A stretch of DNA of 64,000 nt from Vicugna vicugna (GCA_013265495.1 MU058000.1:2914001-2978000), one strand, 5' to 3'; numbered from the stretch's first letter, positions 24,685 to 37,470 are shown. Notes: a model not told the origin generated them from the letters alone. A program made the numbers and translations.

Positions 24685-24950
24685 GGGGAAAAATGGGCAA
24701 AATTATAAATAGACATTTCACAGAGGAGGAAACATAAATGGCCTATGGGACCATGAGGGAGATGTTCAGTCTTAATAGTAATCGGGAGAATGCAAATTAG
24801 GACAACAGCAAGGTATTATTTTATAAGTATTCAACCGGCATTGGCAAATATTAAGTCTGATAATATGAGGGCTGTACAAACTATGAATCAACAAACTCTC
24901 CTAACATGGCAGACGGACGTATAAATTAGTATAATCACTTTAGAAAAGTA
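24685..24950 (+). mobile_element. Old L1ME-type fragment (continues after the LTR insertions, ~25571-25775 and ~26310-26340)
   Basis: aaaaatgggcaaa...aatagacatttcacagaggaggaaacataaatggcc...gaatgcaaatta, L1 ORF2 C-terminal region. Confidence 0.75.
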
Positions 24951-24956
24951 TTTGAC

Positions 24957-25564
24957 TGTGGGTTCGTCACCAGTTGTGGGTTCTGGCCGGCAGAAGTCCC
25001 AGCGAGAAGGAATGGATTACTCAAGACTCTGGGGAAAAGCCAAGAGAGCGAGAGGGAGTGGGGAGCCAACTCCCGGAGCCTCTCAAATCTCTCATCTTTA
25101 CTGAGCACAGTCAAAGGAGGAATGCAGGAATTGAGGGAGGGACAGGGTGGGATCACAATGAGTACAAAGTCTTTGTTTGTTGTCGGTGTTTGGCTCAAGG
25201 TCAGAAGAGGCTTTTTGGTGAATCATGTTCAGTTGAGCCTTTCAGCTCATCAGGGCGAACGTGTGAGAATCAGCTGCTTAACAACTTGGACTCAGGCGGC
25301 TGTGCCCGTCTTAGGTTGCCCCCCTCAGGGGATCTTACCCGTCATTGGCTAACCAGCCTTCTCCCCTCTGAGTCTGCAGCTTTTTACCATTCCAGCCCAA
25401 GGCTGTTTTGGGGATGGAAGACTAACATCAGGCACGCCCAGCGTTTGTAGCCGGTGGCGTGGGTCATTGCTAAAACCTCAAGGCAGTTACTAAGCACATC
25501 TTCTTTAAGGAGATAAGTGGCTGGGATCTGTTACAATTTGTTAACCCGATCATGGGCTCCCACA
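24957..25564 (-). mobile_element. Young ERV class II (betaretrovirus/ERVK-like) solo LTR, 608 bp
   Basis: Terminal inverted repeat tgtggg...cccaca; perfect 6-bp TSD tttgac (24951-24956 / 25565-25570); AGTAAA poly(A) signal on minus strand (25097-25102); many intact CpGs. Confidence 0.88.
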
Positions 25565-25777
25565 TTTGACATCATCACATAAAGTTCAATGATCACATGC
25601 TTTACAAGTCAGTATCTTTACTCTGGAGAAAAAGTTTTCCTAGATGGCTGCGGTCGCCAGGATATTTGCTCAAGAAAGTTATAATAATAATACAGAATAT
25701 GGAAGTAGAACATAAGCATGTTGATAATATAGTAAATAAAGTGTGATATATTTAACCAGTCGTTTTAAACCTCTGAT

Positions 25778-26308
25778 TGTTACTGACTCCAAACTCATTC
25801 TGCTCGCCGAATGACAGGCCAGTAAATCAGGAGACGAGGTGCTGGGGCAAGGAATACTGACTTTATTTTGAAAGCCAGCAAACCGAGAAGAAGGCAGACT
25901 AATTTCCTGGAGAATCATCTTCCCCAAGTTAGAATTCAGGCTCCTTTTATACTAAAAAGGGGAGGGATGTGCTTGGTTGTTGCAAACTTCTTGGTGTAGG
26001 AATTCTTTGTTCTTGGAATCCTTTGTTCCTGCAGCTGTCCACGTGGGTCAGATCACGGTGTCCCTGTAAACCTCCAATAAAACAAAAGTTATTTTCTATT
26101 CTGCAAATTGTTATCTGCATATGAATGGAAAAGTGCTAATATCCGTAAAGGTCAGGGCCTTGAGAATAGGCTCTCCTGCATAGTTCAGGCTCTAGGCAAC
26201 TTTCTTTTACAAAAGCAGAACCAGCAAGGCTAAGCCCAGGAAACAGAGCACAGGGTTAAAGTCAAAGGAACAGATCTAACGTAGTCAGATTTGTTCTTTT
26301 CCATTACA
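25778..26308 (-). mobile_element. ERV1-type solo LTR
   Basis: tgttac...ttaca termini; minus-strand TATAAAAG (25944-25951) and AATAAA (25862-25867) in correct order; TSD not clean. Confidence 0.82.
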
Positions 26309-28484
26309 TGTAGGTTACTTTTGGAAACATATAAGCCTGTTAGCTGACTAGCTTGTATCGAGAGATATGTTTAGCATGTTTTTCTTTAATAATACATTTT
26401 CCAAACTAATAATCAGTTAAAGATGAAGATATTAAAACTAGGCTGAAATGTTGTTTTTTCAACAAACTAAATGGGTACTGTGTCCAGTAAGTCAGTTTAC
26501 TAAAATTCATAAAGAAAGATCTCTGCCTGGATACAAGACAGTCATGCATTCAGAAAAGCACATCCCATGCTTGGGTGAACAGATGATAAGCCCCCAAATT
26601 AGGTTGTTGGATCACCGTCCATGGAGAGTTGTCTGCTGGTAATACCCTTGGGATGATCCAGACTTAAATTTAATTTGCTTAATGGCACCCAAAGGATTAT
26701 TGTATATTTAGTCTTTTCAAATAACTAAAAGTGATAAAATTCTCAACATGAGACTAGTGGTGTGGCACTGTGCCCTGACTTTATTAAATTCCTGGCTACT
26801 TTTTTTTTTTTTTTGGAGGGCTGAGGGAGACGGTGAAATTTAGGTACAGTTGCTAAATACTACAATGACACAAATAAGAAGTGCCAAGTGCATTTGTGAA
26901 CGTTTCAGATGCAGAAACAGCCAAATCATAATACAAACCCTTCAGGAAAGAGATGAGGAGTATTTTCTTTATCCAGAAAGGTAAGAACGCTGCTGCGATT
27001 TCAGAGGCAACGTCCTCCAAGTCCCTTTTTACTACAGATGTAGAAAGAGAGAATCACACACATCAGAATATTTGATTGGGTTCATTTAATGACAATAGTG
27101 ACAGAGTCTGAAAAAGTTACGACCTACCTCTTCCATTTATGAGTCAACAGTTCAAATATTCCAGGGATTCTGGCCTTGAGACACCAATCTTGCTGTTTTC
27201 TCTATGTTAAGCATCCATACAGTAAACCTATTCTTTTTCAATATTTGTAGGTTATGATTTGGCTTTCTAGTGAAAGGAAAAACACACTTTTTAATCAAAC
27301 CTTACATGAAAATCCTTCAAAAACATACTTTAATGGGCAAAAGAAATTGCTCACTGCTAAGCAGTTTTTCACAGTGACTTGGGGAAAGAGTAATTTTGGA
27401 CATGCATGGGCATGAAGTCATGTCTTCACACAATTTACTTGTTTGGAATAGAATCCTGTCACTTAATGTGCTTATTCTATTCTTAGATTCCCTTCCCCCA
27501 TAAACAATAGAAAAGATAACATACAATTCAGTTTTCTACACTTGAGCTCTACTTTGATGATGATAGAAAAATCAATCCAAAACTGAGATGAGAGGACTGT
27601 TAGGACTAGCTACCCCCAACACTTAGCACAGGCACAGGGATTTTCACGTTTGTGAGTTACTGTGGTCGCCTTGCCAAGGGCAGCGTCTTCAATAAGACAA
27701 GCACAGGTAGTGGGTCGTAGGAAGGAAGGTTTCAGCTCTGGCAGGGACCTTTCTGGTTTTCCCTCCAAGGGAGAGTTGGCTATAGAAATGTCTCCATACA
27801 TGGAGATGTTCAAGCAAGGGCTGGAAAAATTGCATATTTGCCAGAATTGTTGTCAAGGGAAATCAAGAAGTTAAAGGGAAATTCTGAGACCCTTTGACTT
27901 CTTCCTGCAATTTATTTTCCTTTCTCATGAGAAACAGATGGGATAAGAAACTATTGTTTGCTGTACTTAAGGAAAATGCAGTATCTTTTTGCCCCTAGAA
28001 TAAGCATATTTATTTATGCAATATCTGCAAACTTTCTATAAATTGGCCATTAGTTTGAACTTGAACTTAAATTTTGCTGTTGCTCTTACTGCTGCTGTTC
28101 ATTAGTGGGGAGAAACGTTCCTCCATGTGCGGTATGCTGAATTAGGTAAGACAATTTGACTGGATGTAACCCTGTTTCTACAAGTATTTCCCTAGTGGAA
28201 CATAATTCATAATTCAGAGGTCTCCGCACAAACCCAAAATGACAGCCCCTACAGTGTTTTGGTCCAGGCTTCTGGCAAAATCTTCAATGTCCTCCTTATC
28301 CAGACCCAAATCATCTCTCAGTTTCAAAACTATTCCAACTTAAAGAAACTTGTCCTTGGCAGAAGACTGTAAGCCTTAACTTTCGGTGATGAGATAGTGT
28401 GCATTCCTAGTACGGGCTGTGCCAGCGTAAGTACGATGCTTTTATTCTAAGAAGGAAAACAGGTTACAAACTATATACAAAGAT

Positions 28485-28728
28485 CTGACTTCTGCTTCTG
28501 TCCTTCTATGAAACTGATTCATCTGTTTCCTTCTTATAAGGACCCTTGCAGTTACATTGGGTTCACACGATAATCGGGGACCATCTCCCCATCTCAAGAT
28601 CGTTAACTTAATCACACCTGCAAAGTTTCTTTTACCAAGGAACACATTCCCAGGCTCCAGGGATTAGAAAAGTGGGCATCTTTGGTGGGGAGGTGGGAGT
28701 GAGGAGGGGACATTATTCAGCCTACCAT
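28485..28728 (-). mobile_element. MLT1C/D-type MaLR LTR (partial)
   Basis: ttataaggacccttg...catctccccatctcaagatcgttaacttaatcacacctgcaaagt...ccagggattag...cattattcagcctacca. Confidence 0.85.
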
Positions 28729-30198
28729 AGAACCCTATTCAAAAGTGTTCCTTTTCAATACTGAGCTTTTGAAACATTTGTCTCAACAAATGTAAGGTAA
28801 ATTCGTAACAGTTTTTTTTTCCAGGTTCTAACTGACTTTTCAGCATAGGAAAATAAATTGAATGTAGCATAAATATGTACATTATACATTGAAAATATCA
28901 CAAGAACTACACTTTAAAGCATTCATTTTGGTTTAACCAACTCCTGATATAGTTTTATTAACTTCAACTTTAAAATTTCTAAACAAATTGTTATTCCCCT
29001 TTTGGGACAGTAGGCAGGAGATGCACTTCCCCCGACCTTGGATGTTGATTGTTTCCTGCACTGAATTGAGAATCTGATTCCGTTATTTGTTTAGATAAGC
29101 TAAAACCATCAAAAGTAGGGAAGATAGTCATTTTTCAACTTCTAAAATTTTACCAGCAGCATTTTACTGTTAAATCATGAATTTGTTTACCTTACTTACA
29201 GCCATAAAGCTGTTTTAGGAAAATTCTAAAGGCAGAAAAGAGGAATTATTTTATTTCTTGTTTTAGTTTCCTTATACCACATCATACTTACTGCCATTAT
29301 CACTACTGACATAGTTCTGCTTGGAATTTAGCCATGTAGGGAGCAATAAATCTGTGATTTGAAAAGATTCTTTGGAAGGAAGCATGAAGAATTTTTGTAA
29401 ATTTATTGGGACAGGCATAAAGTGAATATCATCTTAAAATACTTGGGAAATGACCAAGTTGTATTACTAAAGGGGAAAGAGAGAACAAGAATGAGCCTTG
29501 GGTAAGCAGAGAGCATCATGAATCATGTAAGATAGCTCTGTGCTGTTATCCTTGGATCCATATGTTCTTCTCAAAGAAAAACAATGTGTAACAATTTAGC
29601 ATTATTTTGCACAGCTCGAGGAGGGCCTGGGAATTCCCTTTAACAGTGAACTAAGACCATTATAAATTTCATTATCAATACATTTGGGATTCTTTCCCTA
29701 AGTTTTATTCAATTCTATTTAAAAACTTCAGTTTATTTTATACTTTTTCAGGAACTATTCTGATTTTGATGATCAGGAGCAAGGAATATTAAAATGCTTT
29801 ATCCATCAGAAATCAATTATTTTAGTGCTTTTTGGAACCAACTTCTTTCAATGAACTGCAAAGACCTTGTGAACAAAGACATTAAAATTTGTATTTTGCT
29901 GTATTTCTCTATCTTGTCATCTTGTATATGTAATATATATAATTAATAATGATTTTTATAATTGATATATATGTTTATGTATTACACATATATGCATTTT
30001 TAAGAATATTGGGAACACTTTTTTACTAACATCTGCCACATGTTTATCACCAGCCATCAGATCCAATGGGTAGCTATTCATGCTTATCCCTAACACTGCA
30101 GTTTTTCCTCCTTCAGGCAAAGCATAATAGTAGACTTTTCTGCTCTCTTCAGATGGCCAAGTGCCTTCCTCTGGTCAAGGATACAAGAACAAAAGTAA

Positions 30199-30658
30199 TG
30201 AGACAGTGTGGGACCTGGGACCTGGGACTTGGGACCCTGGGCTGCAGTGCTTGCATGGAACTGAGCAACAGAGAGAAGCAGAATACAAAGAAGCTATAGG
30301 GGACTAAAAACAACTGCATGTATGCACAGCTGGGGCCAGTCATGAACAACAAGATACAGAAAGACCAAAATCCAATTGCTACTTCTGAGGTGTTGGGAGT
30401 AAAAGGAGGATACTGTGCATGGTCTCTGCACACAGCACCACCAAGAGGATGGGCAGACCACCTAAGCCACCCATTCACATGACCCACCCCTACCCTCACC
30501 CCATTTAAGGGACCAGCTCACACACTTCAGGGAGCAAGCAAGGGAACGAACCTATTATTTGTTTTTGCTTCATCTCAGTAAAGCCTTGGCTGAATTTCTC
30601 ATCTGTCCATTCATCAATTTCTATTGATTAAGGAGACCAACAACCCTGGTCAGTAACG
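30199..30658 (+). mobile_element. ERV1-type solo LTR, 460 bp
   Basis: Starts tgagac, ends ggtcagtaacg (CA>CG); perfect 4-bp TSD gtaa (30195-30198 / 30659-30662); AGTAAA at 30577-30582; ERV1-like U5 aatttctattgattaagg. Confidence 0.85.
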
Positions 30659-30779
30659 GTAATGTATATCCCTTAAGGACACAAATGTTTGATTCTCCAT
30701 GTGATTTTTCATGTACCTTTTTCTTATCACAGTAACTAATGATATTTCAACCAGTAATATAGTAGATACCTTACTAGTT

Positions 30780-30925
30780 AGTGTTTGAGTGGGGAAGACA
30801 TGGGTCATAGTCTCTTGTCAATCTGAGATGAACATGTAGTGAGACAGAATTTTTAAACCCTTTCCCTTTAAGCTGAAATTGTGGCTTTGTTATTGCTGCA
30901 TACCCTAAACCATCCTGACCAAAAT
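30780..30925 (+). mobile_element. MLT1J/K-type LTR 3' fragment
   Basis: gaacatgtagtgagacagaa...tttaagctgaaattgtggctttgttattgctgcata..cta.accatcctgac. Confidence 0.6.
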
Positions 30926-31189
30926 GGCCAATAATCAGTATATGCAAAAAAACTAAGTAACTAATCTGGTTTAAAATATATGAACTTAACTCCATTGAAT
31001 TCTACAAATATTACTTGACGGTCCATTTTGAGCCTTGCATTATTCTCTAAAGTGTTCATTTAAGTCTTAAGGCTAAAGATAAAGACGTAAGGACAATCTT
31101 TGAAGTTTCATGGTAGAAATGCTTACCGATATTTACCAATAACCCAGAAAATGTTGCCTGAGAAATTTACCGTATATGGCTAGTAGGTT

Positions 31190-32265
31190 GATACATTTAT
31201 TCATTATTCAGTAATTGTCTATTCAATATATATTATGCACCAGGTACTCCTCATAGTACCTGAGATAATTCAGTGACCAAACTAGATAAAGATCTCTGCT
31301 CTTGAGGGTCTGTCTTCACCAAAAGGAGGCAGAATGTAAAGAACAAATTTAATAAACTAGTAAATACTATTATAAAATATGATGGGTACTATGGGAAATG
31401 TGTAGAGCAAGGTCAAGGGGATTGAGGACTTTGAGGGAGAGGGAAATCGGTTGTAATCTTTTAAAAGGTCACGTGGCTCAGTTTATCATTCGGGAGTCCC
31501 ATCAGGAAAAAGAAGTTGCACCTAGGCTTATAGGGAGACTTTGACAAAGGAGCTATTTGCAGAGTTGTAAGCCAGCTTAAGGAAGCTTGGTGTGCTCAGT
31601 GTCTAGCAACAGCAGGAAGCTGTTATTGTCTCTAAACCTGAATGTGCCTTGTCAGAGCCTGTGGAGAGCTGGAGCCATGTCAGAGGGGCCAAGCTGTAGG
31701 AGCTGTACTCACAGGTACACATTTTCAGGATTGCAAACAAACAAACAAACAAACAAAAAGCAAGAAGGGAAGAGAGGAGGAACTATACCAATATCTCTCT
31801 CCTTTCACCCGCTGATTGCTTCCCTGTGTGTGCTATTGGCTAAACCCAATGGCGGGGAAGCTGGCCAGGCAGCCCTGGTGATGCAGTTCATTGTTGCCCA
31901 TCCCCCAGCCACAGACCAGGCAGAGGATGGATCAGAGAGATGGGGAGGGCAATGGAGAATAATTGACACAGTCATTCTTAGGTGACATCTGAACAGAGTT
32001 TGAAGGAAATAAAATAATTTGTCAGGCTTATATCTGGAGGGCAGAGTATTCTAGGAAGTGGAATTAATCAGCGTAAAGGCACTTAAAGAGAAATAGCCTT
32101 GAGAAGTTTGAGGAACAAGAAAATGTGGCTGAGACAGAGTGCAAGGGAGGAGAGGAATAAGAAGCTAGGTGAAAGCAGTAGCAGCAGTCCAAATCATTTA
32201 CAGCCTAATTGGATTTGGGGTTCCACTATGAATAAAATGGAGGATCAGTAAAGGGTTTGGCCTGG
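31190..32265 (-). mobile_element. L2a 3' region, interrupted by an LTR at ~31472-31970
   Basis: atttattcattattcag...tatgcaccaggtact... then ggtgacatctgaacagagtttgaagga...agcgtaaaggcac...tttgaggaac. Confidence 0.7.
31472..31970 (-). mobile_element. LTR33/LTR41-like ERVL LTR
   Basis: Minus strand begins tgtgtcaattattctccattgccc...gaactgcatcaccaggg...ttgggtttagccaat, as in LTR33-family LTRs. Confidence 0.65.
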
Positions 32266-33270
32266 CCTGGAGCCAGAGACAGACTTGCCAGAGTTTTGTC
32301 TGTGAAGGACTCTGTATCTTGCTTAAGTAATGCACTGATGCCTTAAAAAAAATAATAAGTGTATTAAAACATTAGAAACTATATCAACACACAAATGACA
32401 ATAGTTAAAAGACAATATAAATTCTCACTGCCTGTCTCATTGCCCAGCATCACATTCCCTTATCAAAAGTCACTTTGCCTAATGTGGTCCTTTGTTCAGA
32501 GGCATTGGTCCCTTGGAGTCAACTGTAAATTATTTTCTTTAGCATGTTTTCATCAATATTCTCTTCCTGGAGGTTGTGTTGGTTAGAGATGGATGTCTAG
32601 TTAATTGATTTACCCCAGTCATCTAGACCTACTGGAATACCAAAGTTAACATTATTAAAATCTTTTCTAGTCCCTGAATTGATCTATTTACTTGTTTTTA
32701 TTAAACACATATTTCATCCATTGTACCCAGGCAATAGGAGAGCCAGAAGGACCGATTCTGCTGGAAGCTGAAACAAGAAATATTTCTCTAACCCCTGCTC
32801 TTCATGGCCCTCTCTGACTTCCCCTTTCCCTCACTCCCTCCTTCCCTTCCTCCTTCCTTCACTTTTTCCCTTTCTTCTTTCATTTTTCCCTTCCTAAATA
32901 TTTCGATGATTTCTAATGTGCCCAGGACAGGGTTACCCCATGCCCTAAGTGGACAACCAGTCCGTTCAGGGAATCGGGGAACGGCACAGTGTGTTTTAGA
33001 ATGACCACATTCTTACTCTCCTATCAGTATTGTAAACTAATCTTTCTCTGAGTCAGCAAGCCAGGTAAATTACCCTGAAGTGGTTCCTATTAGATGTGAG
33101 GTAGACTGTGTACAATTTCCAGAGAGGTCAAAGACAGGTCTTATTGCCATCTACCACTCCAGTTGAAATCACGTCCTCAAACCCAGCGGCTGCATTGCCC
33201 GGGAGCGTACCTTCTAGGGGATTAAGATTAAAGAGGAGATGCGGAAGCCAGATTCCTCTTCCTAACTGAG

Positions 33271-33656
33271 TGTACTCATTAGTGTGTTTGTTCTGCCATT
33301 ACAGAATCCTGCAGACTGAGTGACTTAAACAACAAAAATTTATTTTCTTATACTTCTGGGGACTGGAATTCTAACGTCAGGGTGCCAGCATGACTCAGTT
33401 CTGGTGTGTCGCTCCTACTGCCTTGAAGATAGCTGCCTTCTTGTGGTGTCCTCAGATGACAAAGAGAAAAAGTTCTGGTGTCTCTTCCTCTTCTTAGAAG
33501 GGCAGCAGCCCTGTTGGATTAGGGCCCCATCCTTGTGAACTCATTTAACCTTTGTCATCTTTCACAGGCCGTATTTCACAGGTTCACAGTCACGTTTAGG
33601 GTTAGGGCTATGACATAAGAATTTGGATGGTGGAGGGTGCAGTTCAGTCCAGAACA
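33271..33656 (-). mobile_element. MLT1A-type MaLR solo LTR
   Basis: cagactgagtgacttaaacaacaaaaatttatt...ttggattagggccccatcctt...ttcagtccagaaca; TSD ctgag/ctggg. Confidence 0.88.
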
Positions 33657-33720
33657 CTGGGCAACAGGCAATTTTCTCCTTCCGTTTTCTCATGTCTACC
33701 ATTTTAACATTAATATAGTT

Positions 33721-33964
33721 AAAAAAAATTTTTGTTGTTGAAGCATAGCCAGTTTACAATATTGTGTCTATTTCTGGTGTACAGCATGCTTCAGTCATAC
33801 ATATACATACATATATTCATTTTCATATTCTTTTTCATTATCGGTTATAACAAGATATTGAATATAGTGCTATACAGAAGAAATTTGTTGTTTATCTAGT
33901 TTATATATAGGAGTTAGTATCTGCAAATCTCGAACTCCCAATTTATCCCTTCCCACCCCCTTTC
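33721..33964 (-). mobile_element. Camelid-type L1 3' end (5'-truncated) with TSD
   Basis: gaagcatagccagtttacaat...tctgcaaatctcgaactcccaatttatcccttcccacccc; 15-bp TSD aacattaa(t/c)atagtt (33706-33720 / 33965-33979). Confidence 0.92.
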
Positions 33965-34675
33965 AACATTAACATAGTTTGAGGTTCACGTCCCTGAGTT
34001 TTAGTTGGGAACCCACCATTTCATAGCTTTTAATGGAAACTTGCCAGCTCGGTGGTGACCTGAGGTCAATACCCTTCAGTTTCCCAACTCCAGTTACTGG
34101 GTTACTCACCCACCAGAGATTTTACAGCTTTCCAAACCTTCTACTAGTCTCCACTTTCAGTATATCTTCTCCTTCTGAACACTGACAAGGACTCATTCAA
34201 ATTGCTAAGCCATGACACAATGGAGGATGAGAAATGTTAGCTCCAGAAAGCTCCAGTATCACCGTCAACTGAGCCCGTGTTAATTCCCTTGGGCTTGAAG
34301 ATCTGTACAATGACAGAGGCTTTAGGATTCTCCTCTGCCCATTGTTAGTATTGTTATTTCCTTTAACTGCTCCCTTCTCACCATGTCTCACTTTTCTATT
34401 TTGTCCTTTCAGACACCTGAGATGTTTTGCCTTTAATATACTTCTAATTATTAGAATTTTCTTAAATCTAACTCTTATAATTCACTTCTTCATCCTGCTC
34501 ATAATTACGCAGAAATACGAAGAGTTATCTGATTTTATAAGCTCACCAAAAGGATAATAAATAAAAGATGATTGTAACACACAGTGATTTTAAGAGAGAA
34601 TAAACTCTGATACCAAAATGAAACTGACTATGGTTAAACAAAATGGAGGGGAAAAAAATCTAAGAACACAATGAA

Positions 34676-34741
34676 GAACTTTAAATATTCAGAAATTGGT
34701 TCAATTAGGAACTTTAAATATCCAGAAGTTGGTTCAGTTTT
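34676..34741. repeat. 33-bp tandem duplication
   Basis: gaactttaaatattcagaaattggttcaattag / gaactttaaatatccagaagttggttcagtttt. Confidence 0.85.
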
Positions 34742-35532
34742 ACTAAATTTCTGGATTTTTGCCTTATAACTGAATGGGAGTTGATAACTTATTGTCTCTC
34801 ATGCTGTCAATCATGTAATATAAATATTTCACAATGATGAGGCAGGGATGCAAGGCAAAAAGAGCTGGTAAGTTTCCAGATTTAAACTGTCAAAGAATAG
34901 AGTGAGAAAATCTAGTCTAACAATGGCAAATCTATTGAACTAGAAGATGAAGGAGCTTAATTCAAGAGATCAAAGAACTGGATAGTGAAGAAGCGTTGGC
35001 CTCCGACGAAGGTTGCACTTGTAAGAGGTATGGAAATAGAGAAAAATGCCTCTGTTACCTTCAGTACATACAATAAGCAAATTCAAGCTCAGTATTTCCA
35101 CACCTGAAGACAGTCCAAGATGCTCTGAGAAAGAATAGCTATGAGGTTATTTATAATTTTCTTAAGTAAAATTTACATATGACTGATTATTGTACCTGAA
35201 TTTGCAGGATCAGATATCTGATGTTTCAAGGTCCTTAATCTATCTCTACCGTTATGATTGGAAAAATAAGCAAACAAATAAGTGAATTCTATTTTGGAGA
35301 AAGCTTTCTGAAGTTTTCCCCTCATATACTGATAAAAAAAATGCTTTTTATTTGTTCAGTGCTATTTTCCACTAGTAACAATCATTTGATTTGAAACAGT
35401 GCCTCTCAACAAGGAGGCCAAATCATTTTATATATACAAGTCAATTCATCATAGGGTCTCACAAAAAGCCATTAAATATATAGTGCCCTACAAATGTTTT
35501 TTAAGAATTGCACAGTCAATTCTTTTGTGACT

Positions 35533-35536
<4 letters not shown>

Positions 35537-35563
<27 letters not shown>
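35537..35563. repeat. (TG)n microsatellite
   Basis: Seen directly. Confidence 0.95.
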
Positions 35564-37068
35564 AATTTATAAAATAAAGTTTTGGTCTTCAGTTACAGTT
35601 CTGATCTTTAGGTGATCAACTTTAATATGACGTATGATTTATCCTACAGACCCTCAGTTTAAAAGAAGAGCAATTTACAAGGTATCTCTCATTTATCTTA
35701 TCCATTTCCTAAGCCAGAACAAGCTCCAGTACGCTCTCCTAACTCTCTCTCAGCCCACTCCTCATTCTTCACTAAACATTCCACCAAAACACCTCAATAC
35801 AATGGCCTTACCTATAGTTGCCTGAAACACTTTGCCTTTCTACACAGGAATCCTTAAAATCTAGGTCTACTGTACAATATCAGTTTTATAAACCAGAATG
35901 CATAACCACACCCACCCAACCTACCAATTCTTTCTTAATTTTACATAGTTAGAGCGTATCCAAAGAGTAGAGGCAAGGTAGGTAGGCGTCTGAACGTAGC
36001 ATCTTTAATTTACCACAACATGCTGCCTCTTCTGTGTCCTCTGAAATAACAAATGATAAGTACAGTGTATTTTCATTTCTGTGGTTAAAAGCATTTGTTT
36101 AAAAAAATCACATATAAGTCTTTCCAGGCACTTTCTAATCTAAAACGAATCGTGGTGAGCCTGTCTACTCAAAAAAGAAACCTCATTCCAGTTAGTAAAT
36201 CAGTAAACAAGATAATTATATTTTAATGATACAGTTAAGAAAAAAACCTGATTAAAAATATATCAGTGTTTAGGGAGTAGAAAGAGAAAAAAAAATTTGT
36301 TTTGTGAGCCAGTTTATCTAAGGCTTTGAGAACCTACCAATTAACGTGAAAGCAAAATGGAATGTCTAGGACTTGGAGGAGCATTCCATTTAGTAAATTC
36401 AGGCTAGCTAAATTTCCTAACCCCTGGTCACAGAGACCTGCCTGGAGCAGCTCATCTAGGTAAAGGGTAATGAATGTTAGAATCTACACAACTCATTTAG
36501 GATACAATGCCTTTTTTTTTTTTTCAAGAGCTGTTAATCTAATGGCATGAAATTTAAATTTCGTTCAAATAAAGGATAATGGAATTGCATATTTCTAATT
36601 AAAGTGATGTACCTAGGAAACATACAAATGCCCCAAATGTTTTCTTGAACTACACTTTCATTAATTAATTTTCATTAATGTAAGATTAGAGAGAAGCTAT
36701 ATTTCATTTGTCCCTTCAACACCAACGGAGACCCATGGCCTCCTTCTTTTAAATTGGCATACTAATTAATCACAAGTTGAGTAATCATATATTTGAATCT
36801 TTGCAAATGACCTTTAATAATAGTCTACCAAAATTTTTAATAAATTTAGTTTGGAAAACTCTATAAAAATGATGACTCATTTATTCTCCATGTTTGTTTG
36901 TTTGCTTAATATAGAATAACCGACAGAAAATGTAGCAAACAAGAAGTTAAAGGGGCTGGTTCATCTACGTCTGCAATTGCTTTTCCATTGTGAACCGCAT
37001 CAAGTATATTGAACTCTCCTTAAATTTTCATGTTCTGATTTGCAAAGTGGAAGATTAAGAAGGTATGG

Positions 37069-37470
37069 TAGAGTCTGGTCTGCTGGTCGCCACACCCATT
37101 TATTCTTCCTAAAGGACACCACTCACCTGCATTCTCCAGGCTCCCTCATGGTAAGATGTGACCCCACAAGTTTATGCCCAAAGAAAAGTTGGTAGAAATT
37201 ATGAAAGCCAGTTCCCAACACTGTTCATAAAATCTTCTTATGAAGACTACTTCATCCATTCTTCCTTCTGCGGAAACTCTGGAGACGAATTTAAAATGAT
37301 GGGCCTTAAGATTGAAAGCCCAGGATTTCTAATGTATAGTAAATGAGAGGGGTTCGTGCAGATCAGAAGCATCCACTTGAAACTTTCTGTGAATGAGATA
37401 AATAGCTATTGTGCTATGCTACTATTTTGGTTTTATCTATTGTCATAGTTATTTTCACCTCAGCTAATAT
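37069..37470 (+). mobile_element. MLT1I/J-type MaLR LTR (preceded by a MIR fragment at ~36930-37060)
   Basis: cctgcattctccaggctccctc...gtgaatgagataaata..tattgtg...ctaatata. Confidence 0.6.

Noticed and set aside
25232..25253. Hammerhead-like string on the minus strand (CTGATGA-GCT-GAAA-GGC)
   Set aside because: The required GAAA after stem II is replaced by TCAA, and I see no stems I/III or cleavage triplet
24974..25450. Longest ORF in the track (158 aa)
   Set aside because: Lies wholly inside the solo LTR, antisense to it, with a non-ATG start and no recognisable domain; longer chance ORFs are expected in GC-richer LTR DNA
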